Source: Octopus bimaculoides
Taxonomy: Eukaryota
Assembly (NCBI RefSeq): GCF_001194135.2
Contig: NC_068986.1
Span: 43,431,123-43,479,085 of the forward strand
DNA length: 47,963 nt
Direction: 5' to 3'
Position numbers and translations under genes: made by a program. Below are positions 22,366 to 33,801 of this stretch, in pieces. Within the stretch, counting starts at the first letter, position 1. Each line of letters opens with the position of its first letter. Below the pieces are notes generated by a model. The model made no database searches, was not told the DNA's origin, and saw only the letters and a list, made by a program, of their open reading frames with translations.

Positions 22366-22720
22366 NNNNNNNNNNNNNNNNNNNNNNNNNNNNNNNNNNN
22401 NNNNNNNNNNNNNNNNNNNNNNNNNNNNNNNNNNNNNNNNNNNNNNNNNNNNNNNNNNNNNNNNNNNNNNNNNNNNNNNNNNNNNNNNNNNNNNNNNNNN
22501 NNNNNNNNNNNNNNNNNNNNNNNNNNNNNNNNNNNNNNNNNNNNNNNNNNNNNNNNNNNNNNNNNNNNNNNNNNNNNNNNNNNNNNNNNNNNNNNNNNNN
22601 NNNNNNNNNNNNNNNNNNNNNNNNNNNNNNNNNNNNNNNNNNNNNNNNNNNNNNNNNNNNNNNNNNNNNNNNNNNNNNNNNNNNNNNNNTATATATATAT
22701 ATATATATATATATATCATG

Positions 22721-22774
<54 letters not shown>
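22270..22774. repeat. (GA)n/(TA)n microsatellites flanking an assembly gap
   Basis: Directly visible; gap at 22366-22689. Confidence 0.95.
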
Positions 22775-22777
<3 letters not shown>

Positions 22778-22789
22778 GGTCTTTGAATG

Positions 22790-23120
22790 TCACCGATTTC
22801 CGTTCTTTAAAATTCGAAAGATGGTTGTTATACCTAGATTTAAATTTTCCTACGACGCCTCCGACCTAACGCTTGATTTCTGTACGACCGTTGACATAGT
22901 TCGCTGAAATCTGTGCTTCATAAACAACGGAAGATATATGGCACTTCTACCTTTGATAACATTTAGATATGTCTCTACATGTACATCCAATGCAGGCTCG
23001 AATCATCTGTTGCTTATTGATATATGACTTAACATCATGTGTCTGTTAAAGGTTTTATTGTATCTATGGGTTCTAAGAAAGAGAATGTCTACCTTAAATA
23101 TTAAGGTATGAAGGTGCTAA
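22790..23120 (-). mobile_element. Naiad-type PLE fragment no. 4 (linker plus GIY-YIG start); not in the ORF track
   Basis: Translates to KTFNRH... then CTCRDISKCYQR*KCHISSVVYEA...KR*VGGVVGKFKSRYNNHLSNF. The TAG stands at the Tyr of the YIG-equivalent motif. Confidence 0.75.
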
Positions 23121-23149
23121 GGCTTTAAAAAACAAAACAACGATTTGAA

Positions 23150-23630
23150 ACGACTTCTAGACTTCTGTCTCGCAATAACTGCCATGTCTCAAATACCACC
23201 TTTCGACAGTCAAAATAGAAATGTTATACGTAGATAACAGGAGAAGCATCAACCAGATAGACTGGTTGAAGTTTGTCATGCACTTAAAGGCATAAAGCAC
23301 TTCCAAGACCTGACTTCAGCTCAGAATATAACATGGTAGGAGCCAACTTTAGACAAATAATTTGAGAAAAAACTCCAGAACGAAGAAGACGTCAAACGAT
23401 TGTGAGAAAACAAAAACTGCAATATTTTAGTCACTTTCTCTAGCCTAGAAGATTGGTATTCGTATCGAAGGCGAACGGGAGTAAAAGAAACAAAGACGAA
23501 GATGGAACGATAACATCAGTGACTGGATGGGGAGGACCTTGATGGAGTGGATTTGACTGCGCTGTATGGCAAGATTTGGTGGCTGTATCTGAGGCGCACA
23601 ATCCTCAGCCATGACGATGAAAAATTTTAT
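23150..23630 (+). mobile_element. RTE-clade LINE remnant (APE C-terminus fused to the ORF 3' end)
   Basis: SNTTFRQ...INQIDW...PRPDFSSEYNMVGANFR, then IVRKQKLQYFSH...IEGER...QRRRWNDNISDW. Confidence 0.6.
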
Positions 23631-24439
23631 TCATTCATATGTGTGAAAGACAAAATAATAGCTTTTCGTTCAAATATGTTATATTATAACACGACTGTTC
23701 AATGTGGAACTATTTTATTAAGTTTATTTGCTTATATTTTATATTTCCTTATTAGTCTTTTATGCTTAGTTGTAACAATACTCGGCCTAAATCCATTTGT
23801 ATGACGTTTCATTTTCGAATTAAACATTTATAATGACATAGAGTCCGCGTGTTATGAGATAAGCCGCAAAAGGCCACGATCAAAACTTATAATCTTCATG
23901 ACCCAAATTGTTAAACTGCACGTTTAAACGAGAAAGGCTAAGGAAGACAAGAAAACGCAAGGGAGATAACGAACGTTATAATAAATCGATGTCAAAAGAC
24001 GCAAACAAGATGTTAATGGTTTACTATGTGTCTGATGTATTTCTTAATACAACACCAAGTGGTATTTCTTAAAGTATGGACATGCAGAAAAAAATTCGTT
24101 CCCAGAACGCATGAAGTCGCTGGAGGCTTTGAAGTTCTTTAAGAGATATGATTTTTCTAGAGAAGATACTGAAGGTTTTTTGGACCCGTAATACAGAGTC
24201 TAGTTTTGGACACATTTTCTTTTTTTTTACTATGCAAAGAGCTATTCCAATTTATAAAGGATGGCGCGAAACAAAATTGGACAGGAGAAAACTAGATGAA
24301 AGCACTAAGAGTTCTTATATAATTCTACAAAAAATATGTGTAGGGAGTAGTACACATGCATCACATTTATAAAAAGGAGTAAATATCATAATCACAAAAA
24401 ATTTACAAGTATTTATCTTTATGATCATTTTCAATCAAA

Positions 24440-24655
24440 AGGCAGAGGGCTGGCAGAATCGTTAGCACGCCGGACAAAATGCTTCGCGAAATTTCGTCTG
24501 TCGTTGCGTTCTGAGTTTAAACTTCACCTAGGTCGACTTTGCCTTTCAGGCTTTCGGGGTCGATAAAATGAGTACCACTAGAGCATTGAGATCGATGTAA
24601 TCGACTTTCTCCTCCTTGCAAATTGCTGTCTTCGTGGCAAAATTTGAAATCAATA
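24440..24655 (+). mobile_element. SINE family A
   Basis: GCTGGCAGAATCGTTAGCACGCCGG...GGTCGACTTTGCC...TCGATGTAATCGAC. Confidence 0.85.
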
Positions 24656-24813
24656 TCAATTTTCAATCTACCATTAATGTTTTTAACAATTATAAAATTT
24701 TTCAAAACACCCTTTTAAAAATAATGCAGAACATACGAATCACATGGCATTTCAAAAGGTTAATTTGAAAATGAAATTTTGACTGCTTGGAAACATGTAT
24801 ACACATATACACA

Positions 24814-24849
<36 letters not shown>

Positions 24850-25277
24850 AGTGGACGTGAACGAGCGTGAGGCAACGAATATAAAACAAACCAGTCTATT
24901 CTATTACAAAGGCGAAAAGTGTATATTTAGAATTCGTGAAATTTTAGTGAAATTTCTCGTGAAATGACCTTCGATTATAAAGGTCATAGAAAATGCATAT
25001 AAGCTCAAATAAGGAGAGTATATTGTGAAATTATTATTCATAATATATTTAATATTTACACGTGTGTCATTAATCATTCAAACAGATCTTGCATAAGAAT
25101 TTCTTACGTCATAGCCGCTAATAACATCAACAGATGTTTGTATTCGAAACAAAATGCGCGTTAAGGGTTTACTTCTTGATAGCAGTCCGGGGAAACTGTG
25201 TGTGTATATGTGTGTGTGTATGTGTGTGTGTATGTGTGTGTATGTGTGTGTGTGCGTGTGTGCGTGTATGTGTTTGT

Positions 25278-25340
25278 ATACTGGCGGTGCCCCAGCATGA
25301 CCGCAGCCCTTGAAATCAAAGACATAAAATAATAAAAGAA
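25278..25340 (+). mobile_element. SINE family B 3' tail, degraded
   Basis: GGCGGTGCCCAGCATGACCGCAG...TAAAAGA. Confidence 0.6.
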
Positions 25341-26700
25341 TATAGGTGGTAGTGGTTCATTCCCTCTCCTCGCAATATCTCGGATACAGCTGTACCTTGT
25401 TAACCAACTAGCCATGTTGAAGTGGCTACAAACATTACTTGTTTGTACAGCTACTGCGTTGATCTCTTAGAGAGGTTTTAGAACTATCATTTTTGTTTGT
25501 TAGAATATATATTTGGGAGTGTGTACGAATTTACATACATATATAGATCCATATAAATATATAAATATATAACAAATATATATGCATATGAATATAGATA
25601 TTATATATTTTTTATGTGCCAGTATGTATATATACCCCTCTCTAAAACTATAAACACGCGTATGTGTATTTGTCTGTTCCTAGTGTCTGCCTGTGTGTGC
25701 TTTTGTGTCTGTGTTTCTGTGCGTGACTGTGAGTGTGCATGTGTGTGTTTGTTTGCACATGTGTGTGTTTGCGCGTGTGCAAATTATCTAACTCAGTGAA
25801 ATTATGATTGATGTAAAAGGTAAATCAAATTCTGAAGACAGCAAACATTCTCTGGTGGTTATTTATGAACTATAATAATTTTAAAAAAACTAAAATTTCG
25901 AATCCTTAGGCTCCGTTTACGGTATTCGTCAGAGGAGGAGTAATTTTAGAAACGCTGATTTTCTGCAGTCGAAATCCTTTCTTAGTAAAGAGTTATACGT
26001 ATTTTTGCATTGTATAGTATGTAGTTCCTTCGTTTTTTTTTCGTTTTTTTTTTTGGGGGGGGGGGNNNNNNNNNNNNNNNNNNNNNNNNNNGTTATACAT
26101 ATGCACATATGCGCGTACAAAGACTCGCAAACATTGTATGCCTGGTTGTCTCAAAATCCTCTGGAGTTCGTGATAATTTGGTTGTACGGTAGGTTGTGAT
26201 GGAGAAGTATGGAAAACTTTTATTAATTTAAATTGTAGAGTTATGTTATCGTTCAGGATTTATTTATGCATATATAACTTTGTAATGCGGTGTGTCTATT
26301 TAGGTGTTTCAGCTTCAAGTCATTGGGTTGTCGTTAGGGTTTATCAAATGGATGTAGATGCATGGAAGGTATTAGTTTGTCAGTAGGTCTGTCACTGGGT
26401 TTAACTGCTGTTAGTTTTATTTGGATACTAATGGGAGATTTAACCTTTTTAATTGGGAATGTGAAGGTTACGATTTCTGAATAGCTGCCTGGTACCTTCG
26501 AGAACAGTTCATACTTAGAGTGAGATCTGCTGACTAACGAACCATCACAGTTACCTACGCAGTGGTTTGAATATTAAAGCTTAAAATAAAACAAAGCTAT
26601 GGCATGCTTGACTGATAACGTCCACCTTCGAAACACAAAGAGGGGAAATTTTTATGTCACCAACAACAAATAAAGAAATCTGCTGACCAACTAGACTTAC

Positions 26701-26758
26701 CACCTACTAACATTCTTTTGTGAACCTTAAAAACTCCATAACCTAAAAGTTGACACAT
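26701..26758 (-). CDS. candidate coding exon (phase 0 to 1) MCQLLGYGVFKVHKRMLVG
   Basis: CTTTTATTTAG acceptor and consensus donor G|GTAAGT; only one frame is open; phase matches the exon ending at 27683. Confidence 0.5.
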
Positions 26759-27682
26759 CTAAATAAAAGCACCAAATTATATAGTTTTAAATGCCGGATT
26801 GAACTCTGAACTTTAACCTTCAGCTTACTTCTGTACTTTTAAATTTTGTTTGAACAAATTATTATTTAATAGTGTATTGCATTATAAATTGTCCTGTCCG
26901 TAAAAACAGAAAACAAGCTGTTTTTAAATTTGCACATCATGAAAATATATTGATATTATCTGAAATATTAGAACCCTAAGTCAAAATAAGCACGCACATT
27001 CTGAAAGAACTATCACGATCTTATATCTTAGAAGCCATTTGGTACGGAATATTGGTATCATGTTCAACAAACACTCAAAACTTTTTTCAGCGCATAAAAC
27101 ATCAAAATCACATATTTTTTCTGCATAAAATTTCTCTTGAGCATTATTGTCAAGAAATGTTCACAAATTCTGCATATTCTAGTTCGTTAAATGTTTTCGG
27201 TTGTTCCTGATAGGAAAGTTTTAATTATATTCAACAACAGAAATAGTTTCAGTCTTAACTTTCCACTATCAGTTCCATTGTCTTATTAACACTGAGTTTA
27301 GTTTAGTCGGGTATTGAATATGTTGAAATTTTTGTACCCACCAGCACATCGTCATGTTTTAGCTTGTAAATATTTATTTTAATGTAAAAAGTAAAATGAA
27401 TATATAAAATCTTTATTGTATTAGTTTTCACTATTTTATACCTACCACATGCAAAGCATTATTTTAATTTTGTATAGTTGATCCCTTCAAAACAGAAAAT
27501 ATTTTTCTTTGTTTATGATTTTTAGTTATATGTATTAGATATTATTCATAATGCGTTATCTTTGTAATTCTGTAGCAGGTATTAGGAAATTATTTTCTGT
27601 CTGAAAAAGCCATGTCATTCTTAGATGACATTAGCTTCTTAGTTGTATGCTTTAAAGAGCTTTATACATACTATTAACTAAC

Positions 27683-27716
27683 CTCATAAGCAAGGTTAAA
27701 AGTGTGGCATAGCACT
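27683..27716 (-). CDS. candidate coding exon (phase 2 to 0) VLCHTFNLAYE
   Basis: Very strong acceptor TTCTTTTCTCCTTTTCTTGCAG and donor AG|GTTAGT. Confidence 0.5.
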
Positions 27717-27800
27717 CTGCAAGAAAAGGAGAAAAGAATCCCATGCCACCCCCACAAAAAAATCATAAAATCTAGAATGAAATCGATGGCATTTAAGTAC

Positions 27801-27836
27801 TTGAGATCATAACTTATATATGGTGCATTAAATAAG
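27801..27836 (-). CDS. candidate coding exon (phase 2 to 2) LFNAPYISYDLK
   Basis: Strong acceptor TTTATTTTCCTTCAG and weaker donor GTACTT; 84-nt intron to the next exon; one frame is open. Confidence 0.45.
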
Positions 27837-27946
27837 CTGAAGGAAAATAAATGTTAAAAGAAAAAAATATTAGTTCACGGCTCATAATATTTTTCAAGTT
27901 CCTTTTTGTATTTGGTTTGTAAGATACTTAATATGAGTTCGTGTGT

Positions 27947-28326
27947 TGAAACAAATCTCGTTGTCTTGGGAGGATCATTACGCCAATAATAATAAACACA
28001 GGCATTGGTTCAATATCACTTCTTTAGTGATATTAGTGAAATATCTAAGTCAATTGGTTAAATATCTAGCCAACAGATCGATCGTTTGTTTTATGTGTTG
28101 ATTAAACGATTAATCGGTTGTTTGTCGATGTCCTTCCGTCGCTGTTCGCGGCTTCATCAATGACCTGCTTCGAGACTGGTTAACCAGCACATAAGAAAAA
28201 TGGTCGATTAGTTAGTTGGTTTGATACTTAACCAATTGATTAACAATAAAGAAATAATATTGAATCAGAGCGTGTGTTTATTATTCTTGGCGTAATGACC
28301 ACCCAAGATACAACAAAATGTTTCCA
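27947..28326. mobile_element. MITE-like element with about 150-bp inverted arms
   Basis: Left arm GTTGTCTTGGGAGGATCATTACGCCAATAATAATAAACACA versus right arm reverse complement GTTGTATCTTGGGTGGTCATTACGCCAAGAATAATAAACACA; about 70-bp spacer; no ORF. Confidence 0.75.
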
Positions 28327-28425
28327 GTAAGTATGGAGACATTGTTGCTTGATTAAGCATCAGCACAAAGGTCTATGATGCAAAAAAATGGCATAAAATC
28401 CTGATGTAAATATACAGAAATGTAC

Positions 28426-28475
28426 TCAATGCCTTGACTTAACGAGTCAGTAGGTTCCATACGTCTAAGCGTTAA
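28426..28475 (-). CDS. weak candidate exon (phase 0 to 2) LTLRRMEPTDSLSQGI
   Basis: CTTCTCAG acceptor and GTACAT donor; chosen because it bridges phases, so it may be chance. Confidence 0.25.
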
Positions 28476-29282
28476 CTGAGAAGCTAATTCACATAAAAAA
28501 CATTACAAATGACGGTTATGTTCTCGCCATTGAGATTTGAAATAAGAATTTTTTTAAAGTATAAGGGATAATAAAACAACGATGTAGGCATAAACTTTAA
28601 TTTAATATATAATATATATTAGGTAATACATTTAAAACCAGTAAGTTTTCAAAGGGCCCTACTTTATATGTATTTGTTAATTACTCAATAGTCTTATAAA
28701 CACGTTTTGAGTTTATCATTTGTTTGTTGCTTTTCTAATCTAATTTCTATAACAGTCTTTTCTTTACTTCATAAAACAATAATACTTGCGAGGTTTTATT
28801 AAGATTTGTAACATTTCTACATCGGTCAATATTCGAAGCTTGGGAGTCGAAAATCTAAATCATTATTTGAATATGGTGAAAGTTTTCCTCAAACCTTTTA
28901 GCAGTGAAAGAATAGCAAAAGTTTCCATTTTACCATTGTTCTTCTTGAAAGTGTTCTTAATGTTATTTCGTTTAAACGAGACTTCTGTACTTAAATGTTA
29001 GGAGTGCATTTTTAATTTTTTTATAATCATCAAGGAAATTCTTAACACTAAGCCTATATACAAATCTCTGCTAAGCATGTGGAAGATCATTAAAATAATT
29101 CTCGAGCTCTTAATTACAGGATATTGAAAGCGTGTAGAATTTAATACCTCTTAAAATCTTTCTGATTTGCTCCCTAGAGAAAATACTGTCTTTAACGCTG
29201 CCGCGCTGACATTTAGCAATTTTTGTTTAGAAAGGTAACGAAATCTTGAAATGATTTTACCCAGTATTTTAATACAATTAAG

Positions 29283-29470
29283 TTAAGGCACGTGACCTAG
29301 TGGTACGGTTGTTGCACACAACGGTCACGAGATCATGGTTTCGATTTCTAGACCAGTTATGTGTTGCCTTCATTTCGCGTTGCTCAAGACCACTCAGCTG
29401 AAAAAGGGTAAGCTTGCGACTGACTGGTGTACAACGCCAATCCGTCGCATGGGTGAGATTGTGACTCAGG
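29283..29470 (+). mobile_element. tRNA-derived SINE-like remnant
   Basis: GGCACGTGACCTAGTGGTA (A-box-like) and GGTTTCGATTTC (B-box-like). Confidence 0.5.
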
Positions 29471-29592
29471 AAAATCACCTAGAGTTCTTGCGATCAATAT
29501 TTTGTATTCACCGATCAAAAGGATGAGTGAATCTCGACTGGTTAGGATTAGTTATTCAACCACGTCGGAGGCAAAAAAAAAATATCAAATAC

Positions 29593-29649
29593 TATTAAAT
29601 CAGGTTTAGTAAGAAGGAGAGGTAAAAAGTGTCTTCTTAGGTAACACAC
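29593..29649 (-). CDS. candidate coding exon (phase 0 to 0) VCYLRRHFLPLLLTKPDLI
   Basis: ACTTTGGAATAG acceptor and GTATTT donor; 137-nt intron from the upstream exon. Confidence 0.35.
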
Positions 29650-29786
29650 CTATTCCAAAGTAACATGAAAGAGCTGCATTTGAAAATTCTGCTTGCATGC
29701 ATAATAAATGCCAGTAATTTTGAAATTGACACAAAGTCTCCCTTTATGACTATGTTATTAAATAGTATAAAGGGGTATGTCATTAC

Positions 29787-29882
29787 TTGTTCCCAAGGCA
29801 GCCAGTTTTGGCTCCGAAGGATCTCTGCAATGTACAGTGACATTTGCTCGGTGGTCAGAGTAAATGAATGTTCAGAGGGCGC
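29787..29882 (-). CDS. candidate coding exon (phase 0 to 0) APSEHSFTLTTEQMSLYIAEILRSQNWLPWEQ
   Basis: Acceptor TTTTTCTTTAATCTACAG and donor CAA|GTAATG; 96 nt; the other two frames are stopped; locally GC-richer. Confidence 0.5.
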
Positions 29883-30364
29883 CTGTAGATTAAAGAAAAA
29901 CTTGGAAAAAGACTTGGAAAGAGCCACATTAGTGATCTGGTGACAGTAGGTTTTTGCTGTTTTCACTAGTAGTTCTAGTAAGTATCTGCTCTTTTGATGA
30001 AAAATTCTTTGTTTGAATTTCTTCATTCGTTTTTGTTTCTCTTCTTTTCTATTTTTTTACACTCTTTTGAATGATGTAATCCCACATCATATCTTTATGC
30101 ACTGTCTTTGTTGCTTTTGTTAACCTTTAACGGTTAACAAGATATATTCATAATCCTTGTTTTAACATTTTAAATAGGCAAAATGTCGATAGCTGCCTAT
30201 GGGCAGCCGTTGCCTTTTTGTCTGTGTAACGGTTTTTAAACCAAATATTCTATATGCTATTATTTATGGCTTTATCAACGTCGAGGTCCACTGTTAAAAC
30301 AAGGATTTATTTCCTATCTCTCGAAGTTAACTGAAGATAAAAGAAATACAAAATTAAAATGTGA

Positions 30365-30373
30365 TATTGTGAA

Positions 30374-30407
<34 letters not shown>

Positions 30408-31296
30408 GTTGTTGTTGTTGTTGTTGTTATATAGACCCAACAGATTAGACTGTTGGAAAAGAAAAACTCCTAACATCAGACTACAACAAAATATGCCAAA
30501 AACCCTCCCAAGTATCCTAGCTGTCCTTAATAACACTTTTCCGGAGCTTTACTAAACTTGGTTTTATGCCCATTTCCTCTATTCATCTGTTCAGATATTT
30601 AGAGATCGTTCCCAATGCACCTATGGATACTGAAATACATTTTACTGTACTTTCCATAGTCTTTGTAAATCTATGGCTATGTCCTGGTACTTCTCTAATT
30701 TTTCTACACCTCTCATATTGATTTTCTATGAAGTCTATTATTTGGAACTTTTTATTCTTTTCATCTACTACCATTAAATCAGGCCTTGTAGCCTCTACTA
30801 CTTTGTCAGTGTGAATGTTAAAGTCCCACAACATCTTGCATTTTTTATTTTCTAATACTTTACTAGGCTCATATTCATACCATTTATTAGTATGTTCAAA
30901 TCCTAGCTGTCTACGTAACTTCCAGTGGATTACTCTCCCTAGGTTGTCATGTCTTTTCTTGTATTCTTTCTGTTCCAGCATGCTACGTTTCCTTTACTAT
31001 ATGAGTAGTGCATTCCTTTTTTGATTTGCATAACCTACATTGGGAATCTACTTAGCTTGTGTCTATCTTGGCTTTTATCCAATTAGTCCTTAATGCTTGA
31101 TGTTTTTAATTTCGTTTGGGCTTTTGGTTTCCCTATGTCTTGCTGTGTCACTTGCAGCTTTTAATAAACTTTCTTCAGTTAGCTACATAGGAGACTATAT
31201 CTACTCTAGCTAAGTCTATGCAATGATTAGGCTTTCGGTGGTATGCTTCAAATCACCTCGCCCAAGCCATGCCCACGATGCAGCATTATCCTTAAC
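30365..31296 (-). mobile_element. R4/Dong-clade LINE 3' fragment (CCHC, RLE, (AAC/AAT)n tail), internally rearranged
   Basis: QALRTNWIKAKID...CRLC...HIV; YKKRHDNLGRVIHW...LWDFNIHTD..VEATRPDLMVVD (30583-30981); LLRTARILGRVF; tail at about 30372-30430. Confidence 0.88.
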
Positions 31297-31337
31297 ATAT
31301 TATTATTATCATTATTATTATTATTATTATTATTATT

Positions 31338-31880
31338 GGTGGACCCGTTTGAAAGGGTTAAAGACAGACACTTTCCTCTTTGGCCAAGGCCTCATCAACT
31401 TTTTCAAGTTCCACTTGAAAAGGAAGATGAGAGTAGAGAGGGAAGTGCTGTCTCATAGCAAATTCGTTGAAAGATGGGTGACTGTTGGAAAAATGGCCAG
31501 TATAAACGGACCAATTCTGAGAATACACCTGTANNNNNNNNNNAAAGGTAATGTAAAAGGAGAAAGGGCTCTATACCCCTTTCTTATTTTTTCTGACCAG
31601 GCTCCCGTGGTTTTATGGGTTTTTCCACGTGTAACCTTTCCTTTTTCGAAGCGCCTCCCCCTTTGGGAGTTCTACTTATTTATTTATCTATTTATTTATC
31701 TATTTATTTATTATATCCTTCTCCGTTTTCTTCCTCTGTTTAGACGAACTTTCCTACCTTTTCGGACAAAACCTTTTGTAACCTTCGTCCTGTCTTTGTC
31801 CTTATATGTCTTTAATTGATATTAGCCCTTGTGGCCAATAAAACGAATTAATTATTATTATTATTATTATTACTACTACT
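31338..31880 (+). mobile_element. Tx1/L1-type LINE 3' end (ORF2 C-terminus, 3' UTR, AATAAA, (ATT)n)
   Basis: WTRLKGLKTD...GLINFFKFHLKRKMRVEREVLS...FVERW; homologous to 32010-32440. The clade is inferred from neighbouring Tx1-like pieces. Confidence 0.6.
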
Positions 31881-32009
31881 ACCAAATGTGGAATCTACAC
31901 TGAAACATCGCTGGTAAGTTTTCATTAAATTTACTGTCCTTTCGCCATTTTCAGCCACTGAAATTATAACGCAGATGTTATATCTGTGGCAAAACTGATC
32001 ACCTAAATG

Positions 32010-32440
32010 TTTTCTGCCTCCTACGGAGAAGTCAAAAGGGATGCCTTATTTTGCACCGTAACATCAACTTCGTTACAATCTCTGATCAACTTTTTGAGGT
32101 TCCAATTGAAGAGGCGAGTGACAGTGAAGAGGGAGGTGTTCCCTTCTAGCAAATTTATTGAAAGTTGGACGAGAGTGGCGAGCATGCGCTTCTGAGTGGA
32201 GTAAAATAGAGAGAAAACACTTGTCTAAGTGGTCAGGAAAAACGTGATTTTCCGTGGGATTTGCACGGTTTTCCATTGGAAGTCTCCCCCCTATTGGGGA
32301 ATTGAATTTGTTTAATTTTATTATTAATTCTTGTTATTGTTTCCTCATTAAGTCCCTCCGTTTGTGTCCGTTTGTGCCTTTGTGTTTGTGACCCTGTCTG
32401 TTCTATGTAGGCCCATAAATAAAACATCACCAATATTATT
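32010..32440 (+). mobile_element. second, diverged Tx1/L1-type LINE 3' end
   Basis: SLINFLRFQLKRRVTVKREVFPSSKFIESW; AATAAA followed by (ATT/GTT)n. Confidence 0.6.
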
Positions 32441-32482
32441 GTTGTTGTTGTTGTTGCTGCTGTTGTTGTTGCTATTATTTTA

Positions 32483-32672
32483 AAGGAGGTGGGCTGGTAG
32501 AATCGTTAGTACCCTGAACAAAATGTTTGGTGGTATTTTGCCCCTCGCTACGTTCTGCGTTCAAATTCCGCCGAGGTCAACTTTGCCTTTTATCCTTTCG
32601 GGGTCAATAAAATAAGTACCATTCGACTCATCCCTCCCCTAAAATTGCTGTGCTAGTGGAAAAATTTGAAAC
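32483..32672 (+). mobile_element. SINE family A
   Basis: GCTGGTAGAATCGTTAG...GTTCAAATTCCGCCGAGGTCAACTTTGCC. Confidence 0.82.
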
Positions 32673-32744
32673 TATTATTTTAGTGGTATAATTATCTTAT
32701 TATTATTTTCGTGGTATTGAATTCATTATCATGGTTCCTTCGCT

Positions 32745-32960
32745 GCACGATAAGCTTTCAGAGACCGAGTTAGCAAGTTTGTCCATCGGAAGTTGACGGG
32801 CGCAGTCGTCAACAACCGACAGTGGATACCGCTGAAAAGGGCTATTAAAGTAGAAGCAGCAGATTTTAGTAAGGAAATAGCGTTAGAGGAATCTAGGATA
32901 GAGGGAGGCCTAGTTAGGAAGCTTGAAAAGGCGCTTAGGAAAGATATAGCGACCGACGTG
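32745..32960 (+). mobile_element. Tx1-type ORF2 internal fragment (just after APE)
   Basis: AVVNNRQWIPLKRAIKVE...SKEI aligns with SIINNKRWYAFKRAIKSE...SKEL at about 40680-40800. Confidence 0.7.
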
Positions 32961-33756
32961 TATTATCCAATTTATGTATTTTAGTTTTAATTTATTAGAC
33001 TTTAAAATTATTTTGATTTTAAAATTTCCAGTAAATGTCTATAATACAGTTAATTTTGTATTGTGATTAAAGCTAAAATATATTTTGATTTTATAAATAA
33101 AACTTAAATACATAATTGTATATCTCTTTATTCTTTTACTTTTCTTTACGCCATATTTTCACGCGAATTAATTCTAATAAACGCTAAGTTAAAAGTATAA
33201 CGCTTAAATTTTTAGTTTAAACTACTAAAGCTTCGATAAGATAAGTATTGCATTTATTTTATGTTAAATGCTTTTCTTTTATTTATTGGTAAAATAAGCA
33301 TTTTTATATAAATTCATTTGATATTTATTGTTAGTCGATATATATATATACATTCATTTTATTATTATTATTGTATTTTGACTTGAAGATTAGCTATATT
33401 TTTTAATAGAATTGATTTTCGATCGATTTATTTTGAATCGATTTGATTTTTATTTTCTATTTGAAAATATGGTTATGAAACACGTGTTGTCATTTTTACT
33501 ATTCTAATATTTATTAATTATTACTTTTTTGATTTTTATTATTGGTCGTTTTAGTGTTTTTCCTTATTAAATTTTTCTATATGTGATTGTGGATTTTCAT
33601 AGATGAATTCAATAATTGTGGTTTTTTTCTCTAAATTATATTTATANNNNNNNNNNNNNNNNNNNNNNNNNNNNNNNNNNNNNNNNNNNNNNNNNNNNNN
33701 NNNNNNNNNNNNNNNNNNNNNNNNNNNNNNNNNNNNNNNNNNNNNNNNNNNNNNNN

Positions 33757-33801
<45 letters not shown>

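Noticed and set aside
26820-26900. Exon-like segment with a strong GTAAGC donor on the minus strand
   Set aside because: All three frames contain stops.
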